The notes beneath the pieces are model-generated. The model was not told where the DNA came from and searched no databases. It worked only from the letters and a program-made list of their open reading frames with translations. From positions 420,001-452,000 of the forward strand of contig NC_013202.1 of assembly GCF_000023965.1 (NCBI RefSeq): DNA of 32,000 nucleotides, in the 5' to 3' direction. Below are positions 8,297-16,105 of this stretch, piece by piece. The stretch's first letter is position 1. Each line of letters begins with the position of its first letter. The stretch is from Halomicrobium mukohataei DSM 12286 (GTDB lineage Archaea; Halobacteriota; Halobacteria; Halobacteriales; Haloarculaceae). Position numbers and translations under genes: made by a program.

Positions 8297-9205
8297 TTAA
8301 TTCAGAGCAGCTTCCATCGCTGTACGGACCTCAGAGAGCGCCTCTCTGTTGTCATACTCGCCGTTCGTCACAGAGATGAATCCTGTCGATTCCTCCTCTT
8401 CCGGAACCCAGATCTGAATGAATCCCTGTGATCCCTCAATTACGGAGTCCTTCGATATCGGCTTCTGCCATAGCTGTGCCTCTCTTCCTCTGTACATGGG
8501 ATTAACTCCATCTGGCAGTGGTTTCGTGGTCTGGTATCGAAAGTCTGGGTCGTCGTCCAGTACCGAGAGAACATCACCGCTGATGATGGTGTCTCTGGCC
8601 GTCTGCTCAACTTCGTCGTAGAAGATGTCTGCGACCTTTCGAATGAGTTTTTCCAGATTCTTTGTGGGGACCAGTCGGTTTACGTCATCCAGAATCTCTG
8701 CTTCTTTCTGGGCGGGGGTCGCATTGAGTCCGACGTTGAGTTCCCCATTGCGGGGATCCCTGTAGAACGCAACATGTGCCTGCGCTTTTGATCCGGGCTG
8801 ATAGGTGTCGGGAATTCCAAGAAGAGCAGCATTCTCCAGTGATTTTACCACATCAAATTCCTTTGCCAGATACGCACGAAGAGCCATCATGTCATCCTTG
8901 CCCGGGGAAAGAGAAAGCAGAGAATACAGAGTATCACTGTCTGGATTATCGTCGTCGTAGAAGAATTCGTGTCGAGAATATCCATCGAGGGCTATCCATG
9001 TGAGGTGGTTTACCGGGCCATCGTCTGCAAAGATTACGTCTTCAACGCTGTGCTCAACCGCATCAGGGAATTCTTCAACGAAGATGTCTTCCAGTTGCTT
9101 GAAATCAGATTCTGGATCAATTTCGTACTCTTCAGGAACGTCTTCCAGCATTCGGTCGCGCTCTGATCCGGGCAGTAAAAAACGGTACGGTATGAAATGT
9201 TCCAA
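8297..9205 (-). CDS. Hypothetical 302-aa protein, third gene of the wHTH/glycosylase operon
   Basis: Listed ORF in low-GC DNA, 52 nt downstream of the glycosylase gene on the same strand. The start at 9205 is TTG; the next in-frame ATG is at 9151. No motif recognised. Confidence 0.6.
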   Translation of the reverse strand: MEHFIPYRFLLPGSERDRMLEDVPEEYEIDPESDFKQLEDIFVEEFPDAVEHSVEDVIFADDGPVNHLTWIALDGYSRHEFFYDDDNPDSDTLYSLLSLSPGKDDMMALRAYLAKEFDVVKSLENAALLGIPDTYQPGSKAQAHVAFYRDPRNGELNVGLNATPAQKEAEILDDVNRLVPTKNLEKLIRKVADIFYDEVEQTARDTIISGDVLSVLDDDPDFRYQTTKPLPDGVNPMYRGREAQLWQKPISKDSVIEGSQGFIQIWVPEEEESTGFISVTNGEYDNREALSEVRTAMEAALN

Positions 9206-9257
9206 TCGTAATTGTCAGCCTCATAGTACGTATCCCGTCATACCGTTGGAGACCTGC

Positions 9258-10046
9258 CTAGTCTGGTCTTCCCTGCTCTGATTCGTAATAACTGCAGGCA
9301 GAATTTAGCGGACACGAGGGACAGTCTGGATCTTCTGAAGTACAGACGAGGGCTCCGAGATCCAGAATAGCGAGATTGAAGCTTCGCGCGAGATCTGGAT
9401 CGTCTGGAGTGAGAGCCTCCATGAGGGCATATACGTCGTCGCTCTTGTGTGGCTGTGATGGCATCTCGTATCCCAGAACTCTTCCAATGACTCGTGCAAA
9501 GTTCGAGTCGACAAGTGCCATTGGCTGCTCCCGGGCAAACAACTGGGTTGCCCGGGCCGAGTAGTCTCCAACTCTCCACGGGCGTTTCAGCTTATCTAGA
9601 GAACCGGGTACCTCACCACCGAAGTCTTCTGTGAATATCTCTCCCACTTCTGTCAGAGTCCGTGTTCTGTGATTGACGAAACCAAGTGATCGGACCACAT
9701 CTTCAATTTCCCCTTCCGTAGCCTCTACCAGCGTTTCGGGATCCGGAAACTGGCGGAGAACGTCATCGTATATCTTCTCTACAGCATTACCGCGGGTACG
9801 CTGGAGTAGAATTTCGGCGAGATATACTTTCCATGGGTCCGTTGTCTCTCTCCAGAGATAGACTCTGCCGTTGGCTTCGAGCCAGCTCAACAGTTCAGGT
9901 ACTGTCTCAATGAACTCCTGAATCCTCTCTTCTGGCTGATTTACATTGCCTGTTTTTGCATGTTCTACAGCCAGATCTCTATCGACCAGTGAGTCTATTT
10001 CTTCTGCCGAAACCTCTGTTTTACCGAACGGCAATCTGAGACCCAT
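9258..10046 (-). CDS. HhH-GPD DNA glycosylase with [4Fe-4S] cluster loop, MutY/Mig (T:G or U:G mismatch)-like
   Basis: LAEILLQRTRG (compare MutY EVMLQQTQ). HhH region VGDYSARA has Tyr where EndoIII has Lys and MutY has Ser. Catalytic-Asp block LVDSNFARVIGRVLG. Cys loop C-x7-C-x2-C-x5-C (CTSEDPDCPSCPLNSAC). Confidence 0.8.
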   Translation of the reverse strand: MGLRLPFGKTEVSAEEIDSLVDRDLAVEHAKTGNVNQPEERIQEFIETVPELLSWLEANGRVYLWRETTDPWKVYLAEILLQRTRGNAVEKIYDDVLRQFPDPETLVEATEGEIEDVVRSLGFVNHRTRTLTEVGEIFTEDFGGEVPGSLDKLKRPWRVGDYSARATQLFAREQPMALVDSNFARVIGRVLGYEMPSQPHKSDDVYALMEALTPDDPDLARSFNLAILDLGALVCTSEDPDCPSCPLNSACSYYESEQGRPD

Positions 10047-10048
10047 AT

Positions 10049-10303
10049 CTATCGCTTCAGGTCCTCGATCAGTTCGTCACCCTTCTCCGTAGAAGTCCAT
10101 AGGCGTCCTTTCTTTTTTTCTGGTGTTATACACTCAGCGAGGCCGTGACTATCGAGATCAGATAGAACATTGCTCACATGGCTCAGATAGTAGTCTGTTA
10201 TTTCGGAGAGTTCCTTTGGAGTTCGGGGTTTCTCGTCCATGGCGAGAAGGAGCTTCTCCCGGTACTCACTCGCCTTCACCCACGAGTATTCCTCAACGTC
10301 CAT
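10049..10303 (-). CDS. Small winged-helix (ArsR/MarR-like) regulator, possible controller of the R-M cassette
   Basis: 84 aa. PRTPKELSEITDYYLSHVSNVLSDLDSHGL has an HTH-plus-wing pattern. Its stop lies 2 nt before the glycosylase ATG. Divergent from the methyltransferase gene. Confidence 0.7.
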   Translation of the reverse strand: MDVEEYSWVKASEYREKLLLAMDEKPRTPKELSEITDYYLSHVSNVLSDLDSHGLAECITPEKKKGRLWTSTEKGDELIEDLKR

Positions 10304-10419
10304 TCAGGCGTGTGGATAGGCCGCAGCAAAGTATTTAACTTGGTTACAATATACACACAAGATAGCCACATGAACCGGATAGGAACTTTAAACGATCACG
10401 ACTCCATTGGTGACTACAG
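10304..10419. promoter_or_regulatory. Divergent promoter region between the wHTH operon and the MTase gene
   Basis: TTTAAA at 10387-10392 lies 28-33 nt upstream of the MTase ATG. TATTTAA at 10332-10338 (TTAAATA on the minus strand) lies 29-35 nt upstream of the wHTH ATG. This spacing fits leaderless archaeal transcripts. GGATAGG occurs twice (about 10311 and 10378), and the 12-mer AATATACACACA sits at 10348-10359. Confidence 0.5.
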
Positions 10420-11778
10420 ATGAGCGAAGAACGGCTTACAGCTATCGACCTGTTCTGTGGAGCCGGCGGACTTTCTCAGGGGCTTCACGATGCGGGATTT
10501 GAGACACTCTGGGGCATTGATCACGAGGAGAATACCAAGCCAACGTACGAGGCAAACCACGACTGTGAGATGACGGTCGGAGATATCCGGGAAGAAGAAC
10601 CACCGGATCTCGGACTGGAGGAGGGAGAACTCGATCTCGTCGCAGGTGGGCCGCCCTGTCCGACGTTTTCACTTGTGGGCCGGAGCAAAATCAATTCTAT
10701 CGAGGGCCGGGACAACCAGAGCGACGATCGTCATCTACTGTACGAAGACTTCCTCCGTTTCGTAGATCACTACCAGCCCAAAGCCTTCCTGATGGAGAAC
10801 GTCGAAGGGATGCTCTCGGCAGAAAATGAAGACGGAAAGCCGGTCGTCGATACCATCAAGGAACAGATGCGTGGAGAGCGAGAAGTTGCAGATCTTGACC
10901 TCGATCTAAATTACAGTGTTCGAGTCCAGCTGCTGGATTCAGCAGACTACGGGATCCCCCAGCACAGAAAACGTCTCTTCTTCATCGGTAACCGTATCGG
11001 CGAAGAGAATCCGGACATGACTGAGTGGGAAACCCACCGGAAGCCGAAGAACGAGGAAGAGAAGAAAATCAAATACAAGGAAGACCCATCAGAGCGATCT
11101 GAGGAAGACCAGTCCACATTGCACGGGTTTGTGGATGAAGATGGGACCGAAGAGTTCCCTGCCTTCCGCAAAAACAGACAGAGCAAGGAGCCATGGAACA
11201 CAGTAGCTGATGGCATTCTCGATCTTCCTCCTGTTTCCCCCAGTGGAGATACACCACCGACCAAAGCAGAAGAATACGAGATTGGTCCCGTCTCAGAATT
11301 CCAGTACTGGGCACGGAATCTCAGCGAGGAACAGGACTGGGAAGATCAGCCCCTTCTAAATCACGAGTGCCGGGGACACAACATGCGTGACCTCACCCTC
11401 TACAAGCTCCTCGGGGAGGGTACCTCGTACATCATCGGAGACATCCCAGAAGAGCACCAGCCGTATCGGACCGACATCTTCCCGGACAAGCTAAAGAAGC
11501 AGAACCCGAAAGAACCTGCAACAACGATTGTGGCCCATCTCTACAAGGACGGGCATATGTTCATCCACCCGAACGAGGCTCGATCGATTACGGTGCGGGA
11601 AGCTGCTCGACTTCAGTCTTTCAAAGACACCTTCGAGTTCCCGGTCTCACGTACACACGCATTCAAACAGGTCGGTAATGCCGTCCCACCACTTCTGGCA
11701 CAGGCTTTAGCCACTGCTATCCGAACAGAAATCTTCCATTCCCCAGTAGAGAGAACTGAACCTCGAGAGGCTTATTAA
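10420..11778 (+). CDS. DNA (cytosine-5)-methyltransferase
   Basis: Motif I DLFCGAGGLSQG, motif IV GGPPCPTFS, motif VI ENVEGM, motif VIII QHRKRLFFIG, motif IX REAARLQSF, motif X GNAVPPLLA. A long Lys/Glu-rich variable region lies between VIII and IX. Confidence 0.95.
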   Translation: MSEERLTAIDLFCGAGGLSQGLHDAGFETLWGIDHEENTKPTYEANHDCEMTVGDIREEEPPDLGLEEGELDLVAGGPPCPTFSLVGRSKINSIEGRDNQSDDRHLLYEDFLRFVDHYQPKAFLMENVEGMLSAENEDGKPVVDTIKEQMRGEREVADLDLDLNYSVRVQLLDSADYGIPQHRKRLFFIGNRIGEENPDMTEWETHRKPKNEEEKKIKYKEDPSERSEEDQSTLHGFVDEDGTEEFPAFRKNRQSKEPWNTVADGILDLPPVSPSGDTPPTKAEEYEIGPVSEFQYWARNLSEEQDWEDQPLLNHECRGHNMRDLTLYKLLGEGTSYIIGDIPEEHQPYRTDIFPDKLKKQNPKEPATTIVAHLYKDGHMFIHPNEARSITVREAARLQSFKDTFEFPVSRTHAFKQVGNAVPPLLAQALATAIRTEIFHSPVERTEPREAY

Positions 11779-11789
11779 ATACACTAACT

Positions 11790-13445
11790 TTAGTCTTCTC
11801 TACTCAGCACCTCTTCGATATTATTGAACGTTAACCGCGGCTGCTCTTCGGTGTAGGTTTCAACTTTGAACGGATGCCACTCTTCTAATATTATCATCTT
11901 GTCACGGTCAGTGTGTGCTCTTGCAAATGTATATCCGCCGTCATTCCACTGTGATCCACCAGCCTCATAGATCTCTTTTTGCTTCCAAGCATCACAAACA
12001 CTGCCAAGTGGGCAGGTCATGCAGAGGGCACCTCGGCGATTACCCAGAGTACTACCGACTGACCACAAGATATGATCCAGCTCTGCTGGTGCTCTGCTAA
12101 CCTCAGCCGCCAGTTCTTGCCATACTCGCCGACATACTTGATCGAGGTCACTGCGCTGAAGTTCTATTCCCTCTTTAGTGACCTCTTCTTTCTTCCCATC
12201 TTTACTAGCTTCGAATGTAACGTCTTCTTTGGCAGTTGTTTCTATCTTTAGTAGTCCGAGATTCAGAGTGACACGGATTATTTGTGCATCTACTGGCAAA
12301 TTAAAATTTTCAACTTGGTCCCGACTCACGCCGTTGAGAAGATCATATCCACGCTCATTTTTTGTCATTAACGTGAATAGTAAACGGCCAATTTTCTTTG
12401 AAAATGAAAACTGTATCCCTATACGATCTCTTGCATCTTCTTTGTCAAATTTTTCAATTTTTGATTGAACCTTCTCTAAGGCATCTGGATCTGAGGTATT
12501 GACACCCAATTCGTTTGCAATCTGTTCAAAGAAGGTTCTTGGGTCACCATTACATCGATCCCGTAGATACCGAATCATAGCTATCCAGTCTCCGATTACT
12601 CCTTCAAAAGAACGACGCAACAGCCCAGAGATCCGATTTAATATGATTTTTAGAATCTTTTCTCTTTCACCATCACTCATTTCTAACAAAGTGTCCCACT
12701 CCTCTGAATCGGGTTGGAAGAGAAATGGATACTTAGACTGAAGGTCCAGTAACTCAGAAATGAATACTTCAGATGGAGCGGTATTTCCATAATCTTGTAA
12801 TGATCGAATAAACAGGAATGTTGCCTGCTCAACCTCATCTGGTATCTGTTGGACAACTTCTTCTCGTTTCGAGCCGCCTTTCATTTGCTGAATAAATACT
12901 TCTGTTTCGTCTGAATCAAATGGATCTATTTCAGCAATCTCCTCTATTTTCTTTTTTGAGATCCTTCCCTTGAACCGGAAATTCTCTCTACTCCTCATCA
13001 GCTCAAATTCGCTACCATCTGACTTCCCTACAAATTCAACGTCATATGCTTCGAATGAGTAGCCACTCCAGAGATAGAGAAGATTTTGAAACTTAATTTT
13101 AGAATGTTGGACAAGATCTACAGAGTTTGTTGCTTGGGCTATATCAACAAGTAATTTTTCTATTGCACTACTAATATCTGTGTTTATCTGTCCAGATATA
13201 GACGCATCATAAAGTCGGACCTTATCTTTTCTGTCGTATGTTGTGATACTATAATTCTTAGCAGTTAGGTCTATGTCCCATCTATCAACTTCATCTAAAC
13301 ATTCACTTACTCTACTTATCACCTGTGTCTTGAGACAATCTGTGTGGTTTTCGATCAGACTATTATCCTGAATGTCCTTTTCTTTTGGAATATCTATGAC
13401 AAGTTGGATAGAATTCTCGAACGAGCGACCATTAGAGCTGTTCAT
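11790..13445 (-). CDS. Uncharacterised 551-aa protein; the C-terminal roughly 200 aa resemble an HhH-GPD-superfamily (DUF2400/EndoIII-like) domain with a Cys loop
   Basis: Listed ORF with ATG start, 9 nt after the stop of the upstream 357-aa gene. KKIGRLLFTLMTK...NLPVDAQIIRVTLNLGLL resembles the PxD-x4-RV-x3-LGL block of EndoIII/TIGR02757-type proteins. CMTCPLGSVC gives C-x2-C-x5-C. The N-terminal half has no recognisable motif. Confidence 0.65.
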   Translation of the reverse strand: MNSSNGRSFENSIQLVIDIPKEKDIQDNSLIENHTDCLKTQVISRVSECLDEVDRWDIDLTAKNYSITTYDRKDKVRLYDASISGQINTDISSAIEKLLVDIAQATNSVDLVQHSKIKFQNLLYLWSGYSFEAYDVEFVGKSDGSEFELMRSRENFRFKGRISKKKIEEIAEIDPFDSDETEVFIQQMKGGSKREEVVQQIPDEVEQATFLFIRSLQDYGNTAPSEVFISELLDLQSKYPFLFQPDSEEWDTLLEMSDGEREKILKIILNRISGLLRRSFEGVIGDWIAMIRYLRDRCNGDPRTFFEQIANELGVNTSDPDALEKVQSKIEKFDKEDARDRIGIQFSFSKKIGRLLFTLMTKNERGYDLLNGVSRDQVENFNLPVDAQIIRVTLNLGLLKIETTAKEDVTFEASKDGKKEEVTKEGIELQRSDLDQVCRRVWQELAAEVSRAPAELDHILWSVGSTLGNRRGALCMTCPLGSVCDAWKQKEIYEAGGSQWNDGGYTFARAHTDRDKMIILEEWHPFKVETYTEEQPRLTFNNIEEVLSRED

Positions 13446-13454
13446 TTTGATAAT

Positions 13455-14528
13455 TCAGGTATTGTCGGTGAGTCCCGTGAATTCTACAATGTCCTCGATA
13501 AACTCGTCTGCTGGACGGAGTGTATACGAGAGATCTGAGTCGTCTTTATAGCGATTCCAGACGAAAGAGTCTCGCGGTACATAGATTCTGCTGCCGTCAT
13601 TGCTGATGTCCTGTACTTTCTCTCTGGAAACGTCTGCCATGAGTAGCGAAACGAACCAGACCTCGTCAACCCCTATCTCGGCTTCCCGTGAGAGACTCTG
13701 GCGAAATCGCTCTCGGAGAGTTCGTTTGCAGGAGAATCCAATGCTGCCCTCTGGTCCTTCGACCATGTTGTCTATTTCGAGATCTCCGAAATGAGCAGGA
13801 TCGCCTGTGGCGGGAATTCCAAACTGATCGAAGATGTACTGCAGACCGGTCTCAAGCACGTTCCCTGCCGTAGATGCTCGACTCTGTCCCGCACGACGTT
13901 CGTATTCCTGAACAATGCCAGAGACAATCCTCGCTACTTCTTTTTCCTCGATCTGTGGGTCCGACCGGAGATCTGCCATCTTCTCATAGATGTAATCAAT
14001 GAGCGGCTCCCGCTGGGCACCGAGCTGGTAGGCCTCTCCCTCGAAGTCAACGTTGAACAGGGCATCGTAGGTTCTGGCCGGATCTAGGGTCCCAGATTCT
14101 GTCTGGAGGGTTTCATCGACTATTTTGATGATCTCTGACTTGCCGAAGCTCGGCGTAGTTTCCAGAATCTCACTGGTTCGGACCACTGCATCTATCGCAA
14201 TTCGAAATTCGCGGATGTCATCCTCTGTGTCGATCCGTCGAAGGATCCGCTCAACGAGATCTTCGGTTTGTCTGTATCGTTTTGAGACGTCACCGGCATA
14301 CGTCTTATTGACAGAATCCGTGATCGTATCCCGTATTATGCGCTTTTGCCGGTCGAGAGATGAATCGCCACTGAACCGTTCGTCTTCGAGTTCCTCACCC
14401 AGCCGTGTTGAAAGCTGCTTGAGTGTTGGCTTCTCTTTTTTGGCGTAACTCCCGTAACTGGAGGCGATGAGATCTCGCGCAAACCAGTACACCTTGAACT
14501 CGGAGGGATCTCCGGAATAATCTGCCAT
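13455..14528 (-). CDS. Putative type II restriction endonuclease, Cfr10I/NgoMIV/EcoRII-C-like PD-(D/E)xK catalytic domain with an unknown N-terminal domain
   Basis: ERRAGQSRASTAGNVLETGLQYIF, then GDLEIDNMV, then GFSCKRTLRERFRQ (S-x-K-x-T-x-R-E-R, compare Cfr10I SVKTSLRPDR as I remember it), then ...IYVP. It lies next to a C5-MTase, which is the partner type of that family. Confidence 0.55.
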   Translation of the reverse strand: MADYSGDPSEFKVYWFARDLIASSYGSYAKKEKPTLKQLSTRLGEELEDERFSGDSSLDRQKRIIRDTITDSVNKTYAGDVSKRYRQTEDLVERILRRIDTEDDIREFRIAIDAVVRTSEILETTPSFGKSEIIKIVDETLQTESGTLDPARTYDALFNVDFEGEAYQLGAQREPLIDYIYEKMADLRSDPQIEEKEVARIVSGIVQEYERRAGQSRASTAGNVLETGLQYIFDQFGIPATGDPAHFGDLEIDNMVEGPEGSIGFSCKRTLRERFRQSLSREAEIGVDEVWFVSLLMADVSREKVQDISNDGSRIYVPRDSFVWNRYKDDSDLSYTLRPADEFIEDIVEFTGLTDNT

Positions 14529-14641
14529 CTATCATCGGCGAGGTGAGATAATCTGAAGAAAATAGATTACATCTTAAGCATAATATACACACATCTCCCC
14601 ACTCTCGTCCCGCGAAAATAATCTGTAGCTATCTGTAAGTA

Positions 14642-14899
14642 TTAGCGCCAACGACTTTCCACGCTCGTCCGATAGCGTAACCCGATCACGCTCGTGTTGA
14701 ACCGCTGGATCGTCTCGGGGTCCAGCTCCCCACGCGCGCTGTCGATGTTCTCCTTGCTCTCGACGAGGTGGGTCAGCGCCGCATCCAACACGTCGGACAT
14801 CGGTGGGTCGTCGTGAGGGGCGCTGGCGACGATCGCGCTGGCTTTGTCGAGGAGTCGCTGCCGTTCGTCGGTGATCTTCAGGCTGGTGCGTCGAGTCAT
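14642..14899 (-). CDS. Hypothetical protein (possible ribbon-helix-helix-like N-terminus)
   Basis: Listed ORF with ATG start. SLKITDERQRLLDKAS looks like a beta-strand plus helix. It is the first GC-rich gene after the low-GC cassette. Confidence 0.45.
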   Translation of the reverse strand: MTRRTSLKITDERQRLLDKASAIVASAPHDDPPMSDVLDAALTHLVESKENIDSARGELDPETIQRFNTSVIGLRYRTSVESRWR

Positions 14900-15041
14900 G
14901 GTTTAAACTGGTGTATGTACGGGGGGTCGAATCGCATCGCTCGCGAGTGAGCGACTGGGTGGTTCTTGATAAACGGGGGTCGGGGGTCCGGCGTGATCGG
15001 TCCGAACCGTCGGCCCGACCGGCTCGAATCTATGCACCGTA

Positions 15042-15062
15042 GCCCACGGCCCACAGCCCACA
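15042..15062 (+). repeat. Tandem heptamer (GCCCACR)x3 enclosed by the 8-bp inverted repeat TATGCACC/GGTGCATA (15031-15038 / 15063-15070)
   Basis: Read directly: GCCCACG GCCCACA GCCCACA. The flanking arms are exact reverse complements. Confidence 0.8.
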
Positions 15063-15122
15063 GGTGCATACATCGAGGATCGGCGATACATCTGGCTCGA
15101 ACCCCGTGGGGTCGGGGTCGCA

Positions 15123-15305
15123 TCATGGGCTGACCAGCTCTAATCTGTAGTCGCCCTCGTTGTTCTCGTCGAGGGACTGGACCTTCGCCCAGTGGTCGCC
15201 ATTCAGCTCGCCATCCTCGTCGACGATCCCGCGTTCGCGAAGATCTTCGATCGGAATCGAGACGGTTACACAGCCGCCCGCCGGAGAGAGTTTGCGCATC
15301 TCCAT
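15123..15305 (-). CDS. Small protein, possible AbrB/SpoVT-like DNA-binding fold
   Basis: 60 aa. GGCVTVSIPIEDLRERGIVDEDGEL resembles the swapped-hairpin pattern. Divergent from the structural operon. Confidence 0.4.
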   Translation of the reverse strand: MEMRKLSPAGGCVTVSIPIEDLRERGIVDEDGELNGDHWAKVQSLDENNEGDYRLELVSP

Positions 15306-15330
15306 GCTGCCGGCCCTGCAGTCTCGTTAC

Positions 15331-15336
15331 TTTAAT
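15331..15336. promoter_or_regulatory. TATA-like box TTTAAT (ATTAAA on the minus strand) in the divergent region
   Basis: Lies 26-31 nt upstream of the minus-strand ATG at 15305 and about 33-38 nt upstream of the plus-strand GTG at 15369. Confidence 0.4.
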
Positions 15337-15431
15337 CCTCGGGTGAGTCCCGCTAATCCCGTGATTCGGTGCTTTCTAGGAGGTCGACTGCACCCGCCGA
15401 ACACGGTCGCAATCGGCGGCCGGGTTCCACC

Positions 15432-15863
15432 ATGTACGGAAAGATCGACATCGAAGACGCGCTGTTCGGCACCATCTTCGCCGCCAGTGCGTTCGTGACG
15501 AACGGAATCGCGACGATCAACATCCTCGGGAACGACCTGGGCGCGGCGGTGTGGACCGGACAGGGAACGGAGATCACCTTCGCGTTCCTGCTGACGCTGG
15601 TGTCGCTGTTCGGAGCCTACGCGACGAATCGCGTGAACCGCTCCAGCGGGAAGTCCTACGAGATCGACACTGACCTGGCGAACATCGCCCGCGGTGAGGC
15701 ACCGATCGAGACGTACCTCGCCGTCGGAACGGCCCTGCTCGTCCTCGTGACCGGGCTGAACATCCTCGGCGCGCAGGAAGTCATCGCCGGCACCGCCGCG
15801 TTCGGCCTGGTCGTCGTCGCCGTCGAGGCCTCGGGCTACTACGTCATCAGCTACATGGGGTGA
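15432..15863 (+). CDS. Small integral membrane protein (pleolipovirus VP3-like position)
   Basis: Four hydrophobic helices. Its stop overlaps the next start (GTGA). ATG 15432 was chosen; the alternative GTG 15369 would add an Arg-rich 21-aa extension. Confidence 0.6.
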   Translation: MYGKIDIEDALFGTIFAASAFVTNGIATINILGNDLGAAVWTGQGTEITFAFLLTLVSLFGAYATNRVNRSSGKSYEIDTDLANIARGEAPIETYLAVGTALLVLVTGLNILGAQEVIAGTAAFGLVVVAVEASGYYVISYMG

Positions 15864-16105
15864 TCCTCGTGAGGCTCGATACACTCCTCGGCTACGGCCT
15901 GCTCGGCACTATCGGCGTCTCCGCCTCGACGATCGCCGCCGCTGTCGTCGGCCAGCCCTTCCCCGTCGTCGTCCCGACGATCTTCGCCGCCGCCGTCGTC
16001 GCCGCCCACCACGTCCGCACGAAGGACTCCGATCCATCCGACGACCAGCTCGACGACGCGACCGGCGACGCTCCAGCCGTCGCTACTGATGGGGGCCGGC
16101 AATGA
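15860..16105 (+). CDS. Small membrane protein
   Basis: GTG start overlaps the upstream stop, and its own stop overlaps the next ATG (ATGA). Two hydrophobic helices and an acidic tail. Confidence 0.5.
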   Translation: MILVRLDTLLGYGLLGTIGVSASTIAAAVVGQPFPVVVPTIFAAAVVAAHHVRTKDSDPSDDQLDDATGDAPAVATDGGRQ

